In this document: positions 48,753 through 58,522 of the stretch, in pieces
Layout: the number at the start of each line of letters is the position of its first letter
How positions within the stretch are numbered: the first letter of the stretch is position 1
DNA from: Candidatus Omnitrophota bacterium
Lineage (GTDB): Bacteria; Omnitrophota; Gorgyraeia; Gorgyraeales; Gorgyraeaceae
Direction of reading: 5' to 3'
NCBI GenBank assembly: GCA_042572045.1
Contig: JBHPFI010000001.1
Location: 47,818 to 111,817 of the forward strand
DNA length: 64,000 nucleotides
Program-made: the position numbers and the translations under genes
Notes under the pieces: model-generated
Database searches by the model: none
What the model saw: the letters and a program-made list of their open reading frames with translations, nothing else
What the model was told of the DNA's origin: nothing

Positions 48753-48781
48753 TTGACTATTTTGAAGGTGAGAGGTAGAAT
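48753..48781 (+). promoter_or_regulatory. conserved promoter module (TTGACT-17-TAGAAT), copy 2 of 3
   Basis: Immediately upstream of the M28 peptidase gene. Same module as 32694-32722 and 58850-58878. Confidence 0.45.
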
Positions 48782-48786
48782 AAATA

Positions 48787-49758
48787 ATGAAAACCATTTT
48801 TCATTTGAGCATATTTGGTCTTATAGTAGTCATTATTTTGACCTCTAGCTTTGGCTGGAGGTTTTGGAGCAAATCATTTATGAGCACTGAAAAAGAAGAT
48901 ATCCTATTGGTTGAAAAATTAAAAGGCCATGTGTATAAACTATCTCATGATATTGGCGATCGCAGCGTTTTTGAATATGAGAAGTTGAAGCAGGCAGAGC
49001 AGTATATTGCAAGGCAATTCACTTCCTTTGGTTACAAAATAGAATTTCAGGATTATGCTGTTTATAATAAAACAGTTAGAAATATAATCGCTATTAAAGA
49101 GGGCACGGCTAGACCGGAAGAGATAATAATTTTAGGAGCTCATTATGATACTTGTTTTAATCCTGGCGCAGATGATAACGCCAGCGGAGTAGCCGTACTT
49201 TTAGAATTGGCAAGGAACTTATCCGGAATTTCTCTTAATAGAACTCTAAAATTTATCGCCTTTACCAATGAAGAGCCCCCGTTTTTTAAGACTGAGGATA
49301 TGGGCAGCATGGTTTACGTAAGAGAAGCCAGAAAGAGAAAAGAAGACATCAAGGCTTCTCTTGTTTTTGAGTCGGTTGGTTACTACACAGATAATCCAAA
49401 CTCTCAACAGTACCCACTGCTATTTGGCTTATTTTATCCAAATAAGGGTAACTTTATCGCTATAGCGGGAAATTTTTCTTCTCGCTGGCTTGTTAAAAGA
49501 GTTGTCACCAGCTTTAAGAGCAAGACCCAGTTTCCCATAGAATCAGTTGTTACCTTTAGTTTTGTCCCTGGCGTTGATTTTTCTGATAATTGGTCGTTTT
49601 GGGAGGGGGATTACCCGTCTATAATGATCACAGATACAGCCTTTTATAGAAATCCCGGTTATCATGGTGTGCTAGATACTTATGAAAAATTAGATTATAA
49701 AGGCATGGGAGAATTGGTAAAAGGATTTAGCGCGGTTTCTATTGGACTTGCAAAATAG
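48787..49758 (+). CDS. M28 family zinc peptidase (aminopeptidase)
   Basis: IIILGAHYDTCFNPGADDNASGVAVLLELAR: M28 metal-ligand motifs (H, D, E, D). N-terminal TM/signal. Confidence 0.75.
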   Translation: MKTIFHLSIFGLIVVIILTSSFGWRFWSKSFMSTEKEDILLVEKLKGHVYKLSHDIGDRSVFEYEKLKQAEQYIARQFTSFGYKIEFQDYAVYNKTVRNIIAIKEGTARPEEIIILGAHYDTCFNPGADDNASGVAVLLELARNLSGISLNRTLKFIAFTNEEPPFFKTEDMGSMVYVREARKRKEDIKASLVFESVGYYTDNPNSQQYPLLFGLFYPNKGNFIAIAGNFSSRWLVKRVVTSFKSKTQFPIESVVTFSFVPGVDFSDNWSFWEGDYPSIMITDTAFYRNPGYHGVLDTYEKLDYKGMGELVKGFSAVSIGLAK

Positions 49759-49779
49759 TTCATTATCTAAGGAGTAGAA

Positions 49780-50631
49780 ATGAATAGAAATAAGCTTCTT
49801 TTACTGATTTTAATATTGGCGATTACTTGCATAGCCTACGGAGAAGATTACAAGACAACATCTTTCATGAGAGACCTTGAAAACAGAAAAGGTTCCTATG
49901 TTTACAAGAAAACCTCACAGCCACGTTCGAATTTTTCTTCTTTTGTAAAACGATTCTCTCGCGACGAAAAGGTATTCTATAAATATACCGAGCACGGGCA
50001 AGGCGACTATGATAGATATTTAAATGTAACGTGGGAGATCGATGCAGAAATGGAAGAAAAAGAAGACCTTCTTTTTCTCATTTATTCCAATAGGATCATT
50101 AGGGATAAAGTTGGGGAAATCATTGTTAAATATGAAAAGCATTTTGATTATGATGAGCGAAAGATAGATTGCATTTCATCCGATGACAAAGGGGAGATCA
50201 TTAAAAAGAAGACCTTTCCTATCAAGGGCTACACTACCGACAACATTACGTTGTCGTATTGTCTTAAAACATTCGTAGCCCACCATGACGATAAAACATA
50301 TAGAAGTTTTTATCTCATTTCGAGCGAACCAAGGCTCTATAGGATAACTACCAAAGTGATCGCTCATGAGGTCTTAGAACTGCCTGCAGGTAAAATAAAC
50401 GCTATCAAATTGAGACTTATCCCTAATTTCGGGGTATTGACAGGCTTAACAGGCGCCTTAATTCCTCCGACGTATGTTTGGTATACTGAAAAGCCTCCTT
50501 ATACCTGGTTGCAGTATGAAGGCCTGGAGGCAGGTTTAGGAACATCCCATATTGTAGTTTATATCTCTGATTTTGTAGAGCATATAACAAGAAACATATT
50601 GTCCCCGCCTTCTAAAAAGAGTATCATATAA
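49780..50631 (+). CDS. hypothetical secreted protein
   Basis: Signal peptide LLLLILILAITCIAYG. Confidence 0.4.
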   Translation: MNRNKLLLLILILAITCIAYGEDYKTTSFMRDLENRKGSYVYKKTSQPRSNFSSFVKRFSRDEKVFYKYTEHGQGDYDRYLNVTWEIDAEMEEKEDLLFLIYSNRIIRDKVGEIIVKYEKHFDYDERKIDCISSDDKGEIIKKKTFPIKGYTTDNITLSYCLKTFVAHHDDKTYRSFYLISSEPRLYRITTKVIAHEVLELPAGKINAIKLRLIPNFGVLTGLTGALIPPTYVWYTEKPPYTWLQYEGLEAGLGTSHIVVYISDFVEHITRNILSPPSKKSII

Positions 50632-50633
50632 AC

Positions 50634-52298
50634 ATGTCACGGTACTACAATCCCAAAAGAAAGAAAAATCTCTATACCCCAGATATGATTAGAATATTGC
50701 TATTAATAGCAATATTTATCTTTAATTCCTTTGTATCCGGGCCTATCTATGGAGTGACCCTTGATGAGCGGTACGGTCCTATATTAGAAAAAGATACATT
50801 TCTTTATAAGGGCGAGGCAGGGTATTTTGAACTGGATGAACAGGGGTATCATGGCCACGGCTCTTTTAATGATTTTAACTCTAACCCAAAGTATCATACC
50901 TTTCAAAGTTCTCTAGAATTCTCCCCTCTAAAAACTCTGGAAGTCGAAGCAGGCCTTTCCCGCACGTTCCCCGAAGGTTATGAGAGGCTCGTATATAATA
51001 CAGCAGGTGCTTTAAGCGCGCTCTATGAATACAATCTGGATTATTTTCAAGAGTACGACCTTGGCCTCAGAAAGAGATGTAAAGATTTTGAGGTCTATTT
51101 TAACTTTTCAGGAAAATACCAGAAGGCAGATTGGAACTATGCGCCTTACCCGAGCGCCGCAAACTTTTTTACGTGCATCCGCACGCACTATGAGGATTTT
51201 AAATTAGGCCTTAAGCATGTTTCAGCTTCTAAGGACAAAGAGCTCTCTTCCATGGAAAAGATCAGAGGACCTTTTCTCGCCAAGGGTCAGGCGAACGTAG
51301 AGATAGAAATAGGTTATAAGCAGGGCGAGGTAATAAGGGATTCTAACAGCCATCATTATTATCATACGCTTAACGCCCATGCTATACCCAAACTTACTGT
51401 GAGGTACGGCTTGGATGAGGACCTCGAGATAGAAGGAGGGGTCTTTTATACAACGCCTTTTGTGTATGAATATGAATACAATCTTTATTCAACAGGGGAG
51501 ATATGTATCGGAGAATATGAGCTTGAGAATAATTTTTATTTTCCTATTAAGTTGAAGTATTGCCATGATGACAAGCTTCTCGCCACTCTTTCAACAGACA
51601 TCAATGTGATAGACCAAAACCTTGACTATGTACAGGGTATAGGAGCTGCTACTGAGTACCCGTCCAGGAGCCTTACTTATTATAATATTTCGCCGACTAT
51701 TACACTTAGCTATCTCTGCGATAAGGGAAAAGATATAAAAAGCGATAAATTCTCCAGTCTTACCAAGGAGCTCCTGCTTAAAAAGCAGTTTTTGATCGAC
51801 TTTAAATATAAGAAGGATATCACCCATCTCAGCAAGGGCTCTACAAATGCTGCCCAGAATATAATAGACCCTTACAATGTATTTATGTATCCATTGGATT
51901 ATTTTATAGTGGGGACTGAATACGCTGCATTTTTAGCAGGCAACGTCTCTTCTGCTGCCACCAACATCAATCCCCAGAATTATTATGTAATAGAGACGGC
52001 TTTTACTTATGGCATAGCTGATTTTATCAATGCAAATTTCATGGCAGGATATCGTTCGGAGAGTTCCCTGCATCACTTTACATTAAATGATCTAAAGAGG
52101 CGCTTCTATGATTTCCAGCCTTATTATTATTTTGGGGCAGGGTGTGATTGGCGGATCGGGAAAAATAGCTTAGTAAGCCTGAGTTCAAAGTTTGTTCCTA
52201 CCTATAAGACATTCCTTGTGCGCGAGGGAGATCCTGAGCAATATGAAGTCGAAAATGAGTATTTCCAGGCAGCTCTTGGCGTAAAAATTATTTTCTAG
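50634..52298 (+). CDS. putative outer-membrane beta-barrel protein
   Basis: Real start probably MIRILLLIAIFIFNSFVSG (~50685). Tyr-rich amphipathic strands. Ends GVKIIF (C-terminal Phe). The first 17 codons duplicate the start of the 55515 gene. Confidence 0.45.
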   Translation: MSRYYNPKRKKNLYTPDMIRILLLIAIFIFNSFVSGPIYGVTLDERYGPILEKDTFLYKGEAGYFELDEQGYHGHGSFNDFNSNPKYHTFQSSLEFSPLKTLEVEAGLSRTFPEGYERLVYNTAGALSALYEYNLDYFQEYDLGLRKRCKDFEVYFNFSGKYQKADWNYAPYPSAANFFTCIRTHYEDFKLGLKHVSASKDKELSSMEKIRGPFLAKGQANVEIEIGYKQGEVIRDSNSHHYYHTLNAHAIPKLTVRYGLDEDLEIEGGVFYTTPFVYEYEYNLYSTGEICIGEYELENNFYFPIKLKYCHDDKLLATLSTDINVIDQNLDYVQGIGAATEYPSRSLTYYNISPTITLSYLCDKGKDIKSDKFSSLTKELLLKKQFLIDFKYKKDITHLSKGSTNAAQNIIDPYNVFMYPLDYFIVGTEYAAFLAGNVSSAATNINPQNYYVIETAFTYGIADFINANFMAGYRSESSLHHFTLNDLKRRFYDFQPYYYFGAGCDWRIGKNSLVSLSSKFVPTYKTFLVREGDPEQYEVENEYFQAALGVKIIF

Positions 52299-53175
52299 GA
52301 GAAATAAGTCTAAAGGGCATTTCGCTTGGGTCAGGGGGAGGCTCTGGTTCAGGCTCTGGTTCTGGTTCTGGCTCTGGCTCCGGTTCAGGTTCTGGAGGTG
52401 GCGGAGGTGGTGGTTCTGGTTCAGGCTCTGGGTCTGGTATAGGCTCGGGCTCAGGTTCTGGTTCTGGAGGTGGAAGCGGTGGTGGTTCTGGCTCTGGTTC
52501 TGGCTCCGGTTCAGGTTCTGGAGGTGGCGGAGGTGGTGGCTCTGGTTCTGGTTCGGGCTCAGGTGGCGGTTCTGGCGGAGGTTCGGGCTCAGATGTCCTG
52601 ATCACTCGACCTCGATTAGCATAGAGCTCCATGCGGTCAGAGTCCTTATCATGGCCAAAAGGCGCCAGCATTTCGTTTGGCGACATATTGCCCTGACCTC
52701 TATTATCAATCGGATTATAAGCCCATCTTGACTTGTTTAATTTATCAAGAGATGCTTTTAGCTCCTCAATCATCATTCTTTTCTCATTTGCCTCGACCTG
52801 ACGCATATTTCTTTTAACAGGTCTTTTTGCTTTTTCAAGCTTGGCCGATACCTTAAACGCCTTTTTATTCTGGTCTTTTTTCTTGCGCCCGGTTTCAATA
52901 ATATGTTTTCTATTTATCGAGTTTCTATTCCCTTTGATATTTACGGAAGAGGGCGATGGACCTTTCTTTATTTTATTATTATTTGGGCTTTTGTTTGAAG
53001 GCGGCGTAGGCGTTGGTGCAGGGTTTTTATTTTGACCGGGAGCATTTACTGAAGGATTATTTTTCTGGGCGTTTTTTCCCGCGCCTTTATTTTTATTATT
53101 ACCGGCATATGCTATATCGCTTTCTATAAGCAGAAAACACATAGTTATGCATAATAATAATCTTAAGATCTTCAT
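52288..53175 (-). CDS. secreted Lys-rich / (Glu-Pro)n repeat protein
   Basis: Signal peptide MKILRLLLCITMCFLLIESDIAYA. A basic N-terminal half is followed by ~90 residues of almost pure EP/PPP repeats (EPEPEPEPPPPPPPEPEP...). The periodicity resembles the TonB proline-rich spacer. Confidence 0.5.
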   Translation of the reverse strand: MKILRLLLCITMCFLLIESDIAYAGNNKNKGAGKNAQKNNPSVNAPGQNKNPAPTPTPPSNKSPNNNKIKKGPSPSSVNIKGNRNSINRKHIIETGRKKKDQNKKAFKVSAKLEKAKRPVKRNMRQVEANEKRMMIEELKASLDKLNKSRWAYNPIDNRGQGNMSPNEMLAPFGHDKDSDRMELYANRGRVIRTSEPEPPPEPPPEPEPEPEPPPPPPPEPEPEPEPEPEPPPLPPPEPEPEPEPIPDPEPEPEPPPPPPPEPEPEPEPEPEPEPEPEPPPDPSEMPFRLISPRK

Positions 53176-53505
53176 TTTTTCACCCCAAAAAAAATACGCC
53201 CATTCCTTTTCGCAAGAAATGGGCGTACTGAAACGCTTTTTTTATATGTAATTATTCGGCAACCCGGCCATCCTAAGTAATAATTAGGACCCTCGGCTTT
53301 GCGTCCCCTTCTTGCGAAAGGTTTGCCTTTTCGTAATATTCTCTCTACTACAAGTATATCATAAAATCGGCCCTTTTTAGGGCATCTGCGAAATAAGTTT
53401 TTAATATGTTTTACCGTCGATAAAACGCTTACTTTTTGAAGCGGTTTTTCACGGGTTTTTGGCTTTTTACTTGACTTATTTTTTAAATGAGATACTATTC
53501 ATTTA

Positions 53506-54093
53506 ATGAAGAAGAGCCTTCTTATCCTCTTGATTTTAGGCTGGTTATGTCCTTTTTTGTATGCGGAGATCACTCCTGAAGAAAGAAGGGTAGAGGAAGA
53601 AAAAAGAACGACCCTTCGCCAGACAGAAGATCATGCGTATAAAAAAAAGACCCCTGCCCCAGAGAAATCTCCCCGGATGCCTGACATGGATTATTTTAGA
53701 GGCCTTCTCGAAAGAAGGGTCACCTTTCTTAAGGATATCTGTAGAGTGTTAGTGATATTGATGGGTGAAGAGGCCCGTCTCAAAGATTTTGATTCACAGC
53801 TTGCATTCCTAAAAGAGAAAAAAATCATCCCTAAAGAGATCGGATCACGCCTTAAGCCTGAGGAACCGCTTCGTAAAGGCGTGGCTAGTATTATGTTTTG
53901 CCGGGCGCTTGGATTAAAAGGCGGGATATCTTTGAGAATATTCAAAAGTAGCAGCAGGTACGCGCTGAAAGAGCTGATGTTTGAGGGTATGATGATTTCC
54001 GGGAGGACTGATGACCTTCTTAACGGCAAGGAGCTGGTCTTTACCCTTACAAAGGCTGCTGATTATCTGGCTGAGAAAAGGATGCGGCGTTGA
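53506..54093 (+). CDS. hypothetical secreted protein
   Basis: Signal peptide LLILLILGWLCPFLYA. The AEITPEERRVEEEKRTTLRQTE motif is shared with the next gene. Confidence 0.4.
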   Translation: MKKSLLILLILGWLCPFLYAEITPEERRVEEEKRTTLRQTEDHAYKKKTPAPEKSPRMPDMDYFRGLLERRVTFLKDICRVLVILMGEEARLKDFDSQLAFLKEKKIIPKEIGSRLKPEEPLRKGVASIMFCRALGLKGGISLRIFKSSSRYALKELMFEGMMISGRTDDLLNGKELVFTLTKAADYLAEKRMRR

Positions 54094-55466
54094 AGCTTAA
54101 GGTGCTGGTAATATTTTTAATCATTCTTCTATCTGGAGAGGCCTTTGGAGCTGAGAGAGATAGAAGGATAGAGGAAGAAAAAAGACTTACCCTGCAAGAA
54201 ACCGAACAAAGGGTTTTAGAGAAGGAAGATAGATTTGCCTTTGACTGGGGAGGATGGATCAACCATAGATTTGATAATTATCATAATGACGACAATGATA
54301 GATTGACCGAGGACGTAATAGATCATACAAATTCTATTGATACCCGGTTATGGCTTAAGGCTGTTTTAAGGAACCCGCTGGATTCCTCTGGAGAATTCGA
54401 ACATTCTTTATACATCAGATTAAAAGATTATTATATCCACAGGCGTCCTGACGACAATGACCGCGATGGCCCGCATCTGGATTATGCTTATTTGACATTG
54501 GATTTTCAGCCTTTATGGTTCAGGCTCGGGAGGGGGTATTTTGACGTTGGCCGCGGCATTGCTTGCAGCAACGTGAATGACGGCGCGGAGTTATTTTTGA
54601 TCATCCCGAAATGGAAGTTTAACCTCTTTTTGTCTCAGACACTTCCGCACGAGGACAATATAGACATCAGTGTGCCTGGTTATGACAAAGAGAGCGACAG
54701 GGTTTTTTACGGTTTTGAGTCAACGTACTTTCTAAATGAAACAAATAATGTATACGGTTTTTTCCTGATGCAGAGAGACTCTAGCGATGAGGACCCCGAG
54801 AATACGTCACAGGATTATACATATGACTCTGAGTATACAGGCGTTGGCGTAGATGGAGAGGCCTGGGGCAAGATAAAGTATTGGGGGGAATTTATCATGC
54901 AGACCGGCCAGAGCTATACTACCGGCACAAATGAACAAAGAGACATTTCTGCGTGGGCAGGCAATGTGGGTATAAAATACGAAACCGAAGTCTATAGCCA
55001 TCCTGCTGTTTCCTTTGAATATGCGCTTGGTTCAGGGGATCCGGATCGCTCAAGCGTTACTAATACGCAGAACGGCAATACCTCAGGAGATGACAATAAT
55101 TTCCTGTACTTCGGCTACATAGAGACTGGATACGCTCTTTCGCCGCTACTATCAAACCTTGAGTTTTATAAACTGCAGGCATCATTTAAACCCCTGGAAC
55201 AGTGCCAGATATTTAAAAGGCTTACAATGGATATAAGTTATTATCTGTACCGCAAGGATGAGGAAACAGGCGCTATCTATGACCTGGACGCAACAGAAAA
55301 TGATGCTGACATTGGCAAGGAGATCGATGTAAGGATCTTTTGGCAGGCCTTTTCAGACCTGAGTTTTGAGGTGCAGTATGGACATTTCTACCCGGGAGAT
55401 GCCTACCCTGCATCTACCAACGATAGCGAAGAGTATCTTGCCTTTAGCACAAGCCTTGCGTTTTAG
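54090..55466 (+). CDS. putative outer-membrane beta-barrel protein (alginate-export/porin-like)
   Basis: TTG start overlapping the upstream stop. Signal peptide. N-terminal AERDRRIEEEKRLTLQETE helix. Ends LAFSTSLAF (C-terminal Phe). Abundant Y/G/D beta-strand pattern. Confidence 0.4.
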   Translation: MKLKVLVIFLIILLSGEAFGAERDRRIEEEKRLTLQETEQRVLEKEDRFAFDWGGWINHRFDNYHNDDNDRLTEDVIDHTNSIDTRLWLKAVLRNPLDSSGEFEHSLYIRLKDYYIHRRPDDNDRDGPHLDYAYLTLDFQPLWFRLGRGYFDVGRGIACSNVNDGAELFLIIPKWKFNLFLSQTLPHEDNIDISVPGYDKESDRVFYGFESTYFLNETNNVYGFFLMQRDSSDEDPENTSQDYTYDSEYTGVGVDGEAWGKIKYWGEFIMQTGQSYTTGTNEQRDISAWAGNVGIKYETEVYSHPAVSFEYALGSGDPDRSSVTNTQNGNTSGDDNNFLYFGYIETGYALSPLLSNLEFYKLQASFKPLEQCQIFKRLTMDISYYLYRKDEETGAIYDLDATENDADIGKEIDVRIFWQAFSDLSFEVQYGHFYPGDAYPASTNDSEEYLAFSTSLAF

Positions 55467-55514
55467 TCTAAACAAGTCCTTGCCTCTGGTGTCTAAAAAT
55501 AGTATCATGTAAAT

Positions 55515-56282
55515 ATGTCGCAATACTACAATCCCAAAAGAAAGAAAAATCTCTATACCCCTCGCTCAGAAAAGCCATATGAGGTAAGTCGTTCAAAGAT
55601 AGACCTATTCTTAAACTGCCCCAGGTGTTTCTATCGTGATAGGCGCCTCGGCATTGCCCAGCCACCCGGATACCCATTTACCCTCAATACAGCCATAGAC
55701 AAGCTTCTTAAAAAAGAATTTGACTCGTATCGTAAAAAAGGCACTACTCATCCTATCATGAAAGAAAACGGCCTGGATGCCATACCGCTAGAGCATGAGA
55801 GTATGGATAAATGGCGGGATGCAAGGAAACGAGGCATCAAGTATCTGCACACAGAAACAAATCTTATACTTAAAGGTGGCATTGATGATGTATGGGTAAA
55901 TCCCCAGGGGGAGTTTATCATAGTTGACTATAAGTCTACTTCAAAGGAAGGAGAGGTCTCTATTGATGCTGATTGGCAGATGAGTTATAAACGCCAGATG
56001 GAGGTATACCAGTGGCTATTTCGTAAAAATGGCTTCAAGGTGTCTCCTATAGGCTATTTTTTGTATTGTAATGGCAATACTGATGTAGAGGCCTTTAATG
56101 GTAAGCTAGAGTTTGAAATAAAACTGATCCCCTATGAAGGAAGCGATTCATGGATAGAGAAGACTGTTTTTGATATTCATAAATGTTTAAACAGTGACTT
56201 AGTGCCCGGGACAGGCAAGGATTGTGATTATTGTAGGTATGTAGGGGCGCTAGGAGTAATTAGACAGAATGAACTTTTTTAG
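55515..56282 (+). CDS. PD-(D/E)xK nuclease with Cys cluster (Cas4/RecB-nuclease-like)
   Basis: Motif II GGIDDVWV, motif III IIVDYKS (D-x-K), QxxxY (QMEVYQW). Cysteines CPRC (N-terminal) and C...CDYC (C-terminal) are arranged as in Cas4/AddB-type [4Fe-4S] nucleases. Confidence 0.55.
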   Translation: MSQYYNPKRKKNLYTPRSEKPYEVSRSKIDLFLNCPRCFYRDRRLGIAQPPGYPFTLNTAIDKLLKKEFDSYRKKGTTHPIMKENGLDAIPLEHESMDKWRDARKRGIKYLHTETNLILKGGIDDVWVNPQGEFIIVDYKSTSKEGEVSIDADWQMSYKRQMEVYQWLFRKNGFKVSPIGYFLYCNGNTDVEAFNGKLEFEIKLIPYEGSDSWIEKTVFDIHKCLNSDLVPGTGKDCDYCRYVGALGVIRQNELF

Positions 56283-56317
56283 GTAGAGTTTTGGGTTTTT
56301 AGGCCTTGCCAAGGGCA

Positions 56318-56432
56318 AGCCCAACCTGGTAACTTCAGGTAATATGATTATTATGCCAGCCAAAAAGCCGCATTCTTTAAAAGCAATAAATCGCTTTAAG
56401 ATGCTCCTTGTAATGATAAAGGAAAAGAGTTA
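56318..56432 (+). pseudogene. remnant copy of the 3' end of the cupin gene (11749-12075)
   Basis: aggtaatatgattattatgccagccaaaaagccgcattctttaaaagcaataaatcgctttaagatgctccttgtaatgataaaggaaaag matches 11985-12072 at roughly 85%. No start or N-terminal part. Confidence 0.6.
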
Positions 56433-56584
56433 GAAGATCTATTAGCGTTTTATATCAGAATGATTCCAAGGCCTCGGTAACAGTAAAATACTCCCAACCG
56501 ATATTACACTAAAAAAACATTGCAAGCGTTACTTTAATACTTTATAATCTACGCAACTGTTCAAAAAAATATTTTTTCGCGAAT

Positions 56585-58522
56585 ATGCCGATAGACTATA
56601 AAAAAAAATTAAACCCTGCCCAACTGGAAGCCGTACGCATGATGGAAGGGTCATACCTTGTTATTGCCGGAGCTGGAAGCGGAAAGACTCGCATACTTGT
56701 TTACCGCGTAGCGCATCTGGTGGAAAAGGGCGTGGATCCTGAAGAAATACTTCTTTTGACCTTTACACGTAAATCCGCCCAGGAGATGCTTTTAAAGGCT
56801 ACGCTCATGCTGGATGAGCGCTGTAAAAAGGTTTCTGGAGGTACATTCCACAGCTTCGCGAACATGGTTTTAAGAAAATACGCCAGGCGCATCGGCATGC
56901 CTAACAATTTCACGATAATGGACCAGTCAGATGCCGAGAACGCGGTTAATCTGGTGCGTAAAAATCTGGGATTTGGCAGCACGGACACCAAGTTTCCCAG
57001 GAAAAAGGCTCTCCTTAGCATAATATCCAAAAGCGTGAATACCCCGTACGATATATCTCTGGTCATAGAAAGCGAATACCCGCATTTCGCGGAATACATG
57101 GAATCAATAAAAAAGATAAAACGCTCTTACGCTAAATACAAGAGGGGAAAGGGGCTTCTTGATTATGATGACCTGCTGGTCTATTTAAAAGAGCTCTTGT
57201 CTTCCAATAAGGATATACGGTCCAGGCTTTCTAAAAAATATAAGTACATTATGGTAGATGAATATCAGGATACAAACAAGCTTCAAGCCGACATACTGTA
57301 TCTTCTGCTTTCAGAGCATAAGAATATCATGGCCGTTGGCGATGATTCTCAGAGTATATACGCTTTTAGGGGGGCGAATTTTAAAAACATAATAGATTTT
57401 CCAAAGATATTCAAGGGGTCAAGGATAATAACTCTTGAAGAAAATTACCGTTCCATACAGCCGATACTTGACCTGACTAACAGGGTAATAGACTTTGCCG
57501 CGGAAAAATTCAGGAAAAATCTATTTACGAGAAAAAAAGGCGCCAACATGCCGCATTTTATAGAGACAGAAAATGAAAACCGTCAGTCAGAACGCATTGT
57601 AGAGAAAGTGATGGAGTTGCGCTCTCGCGGGATAAAGCTCGGAGATATAGCGGTGCTTTTCCGCTCAGGCTGGCACTCTAATGACCTTGAAGTGGAACTA
57701 TCCAGAAACAATATGCCGTTTATCAAATACGGTGGCAGGAAATTCGTTGAATCTTCTCATGTTAAGGACATTATTTCTCATTTAAGGGTCTTTTATAACA
57801 TAAAAGATGAGATAAGTTGGAGCAGAGTTTTTACTCTGATGAAGGGTGTAGGCCCTAAAACAGCCGAGAAAATGTTTAAAAGGATAAGCCAGGACAAAAA
57901 CGCCCTGTCTTCGGATGATAAGCTGTTTAAAAAGACAAAGGACGCTGAGAGGTTGGCGGAGGTATTTAAGGAAGCCTGCGGAGAAGACAAAACGCCTTTT
58001 GATATAATAAAGATGTTCAATGTATATTATGAGCCTATTTTTAGAGAAAGATATGATGATTTTCATAAGCGTGTCAATGACCTTGGTTCTCTTGAAAGAA
58101 TCGCCTTAAGGTATGGAAGAATAGAGGATTTTTTGACTGATATGGCCCTGGAGCCTCCTGAAGAGGGTGTTGTTAAAAAGAATAGCGACAACACAGATAA
58201 ATCAAAACTGGTGCTTTCCACGATTCATTCCGCCAAAGGGCTCGAGTGGCATACGGTATTTATTATACATGTTTCAGAGGGTTGCGTACCGTCTTACCAG
58301 TCAATAGGGAATGATGATTCCATAGAGGAGGAGAGAAGGCTCCTGTATGTTGCTATGACAAGGGCAAAGGAGAATCTCTATATGCTGAAGCCCATGATAG
58401 ATCTTTCCCCGAGGAATTATCTGATCAATAAAAACGGTCCGTCATTTATGGAGATAAGCAGGTTTTTGAGAGAAGGGAATATTCTCAAAAAGTATGTAAA
58501 TTACGAGACGGAAGTTTATTGA
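56585..58522 (+). CDS. UvrD/Rep/PcrA-family ATP-dependent DNA helicase
   Basis: Walker A AGAGSGKTRIL, motif III VDEYQDTN, motif VI HSAKGLEWHTVFI. 645 aa. Confidence 0.85.
   Translation: MPIDYKKKLNPAQLEAVRMMEGSYLVIAGAGSGKTRILVYRVAHLVEKGVDPEEILLLTFTRKSAQEMLLKATLMLDERCKKVSGGTFHSFANMVLRKYARRIGMPNNFTIMDQSDAENAVNLVRKNLGFGSTDTKFPRKKALLSIISKSVNTPYDISLVIESEYPHFAEYMESIKKIKRSYAKYKRGKGLLDYDDLLVYLKELLSSNKDIRSRLSKKYKYIMVDEYQDTNKLQADILYLLLSEHKNIMAVGDDSQSIYAFRGANFKNIIDFPKIFKGSRIITLEENYRSIQPILDLTNRVIDFAAEKFRKNLFTRKKGANMPHFIETENENRQSERIVEKVMELRSRGIKLGDIAVLFRSGWHSNDLEVELSRNNMPFIKYGGRKFVESSHVKDIISHLRVFYNIKDEISWSRVFTLMKGVGPKTAEKMFKRISQDKNALSSDDKLFKKTKDAERLAEVFKEACGEDKTPFDIIKMFNVYYEPIFRERYDDFHKRVNDLGSLERIALRYGRIEDFLTDMALEPPEEGVVKKNSDNTDKSKLVLSTIHSAKGLEWHTVFIIHVSEGCVPSYQSIGNDDSIEEERRLLYVAMTRAKENLYMLKPMIDLSPRNYLINKNGPSFMEISRFLREGNILKKYVNYETEVY

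Noticed and set aside
52320-52600. Plus-strand (Gly-Ser)n reading of the simple-sequence tract
   Set aside because: No long + ORF with start and signal spans it in the ORF track. The minus-strand ORF has a signal peptide and 295 continuous codons. The + strand is still noted as an alternative in the findings.
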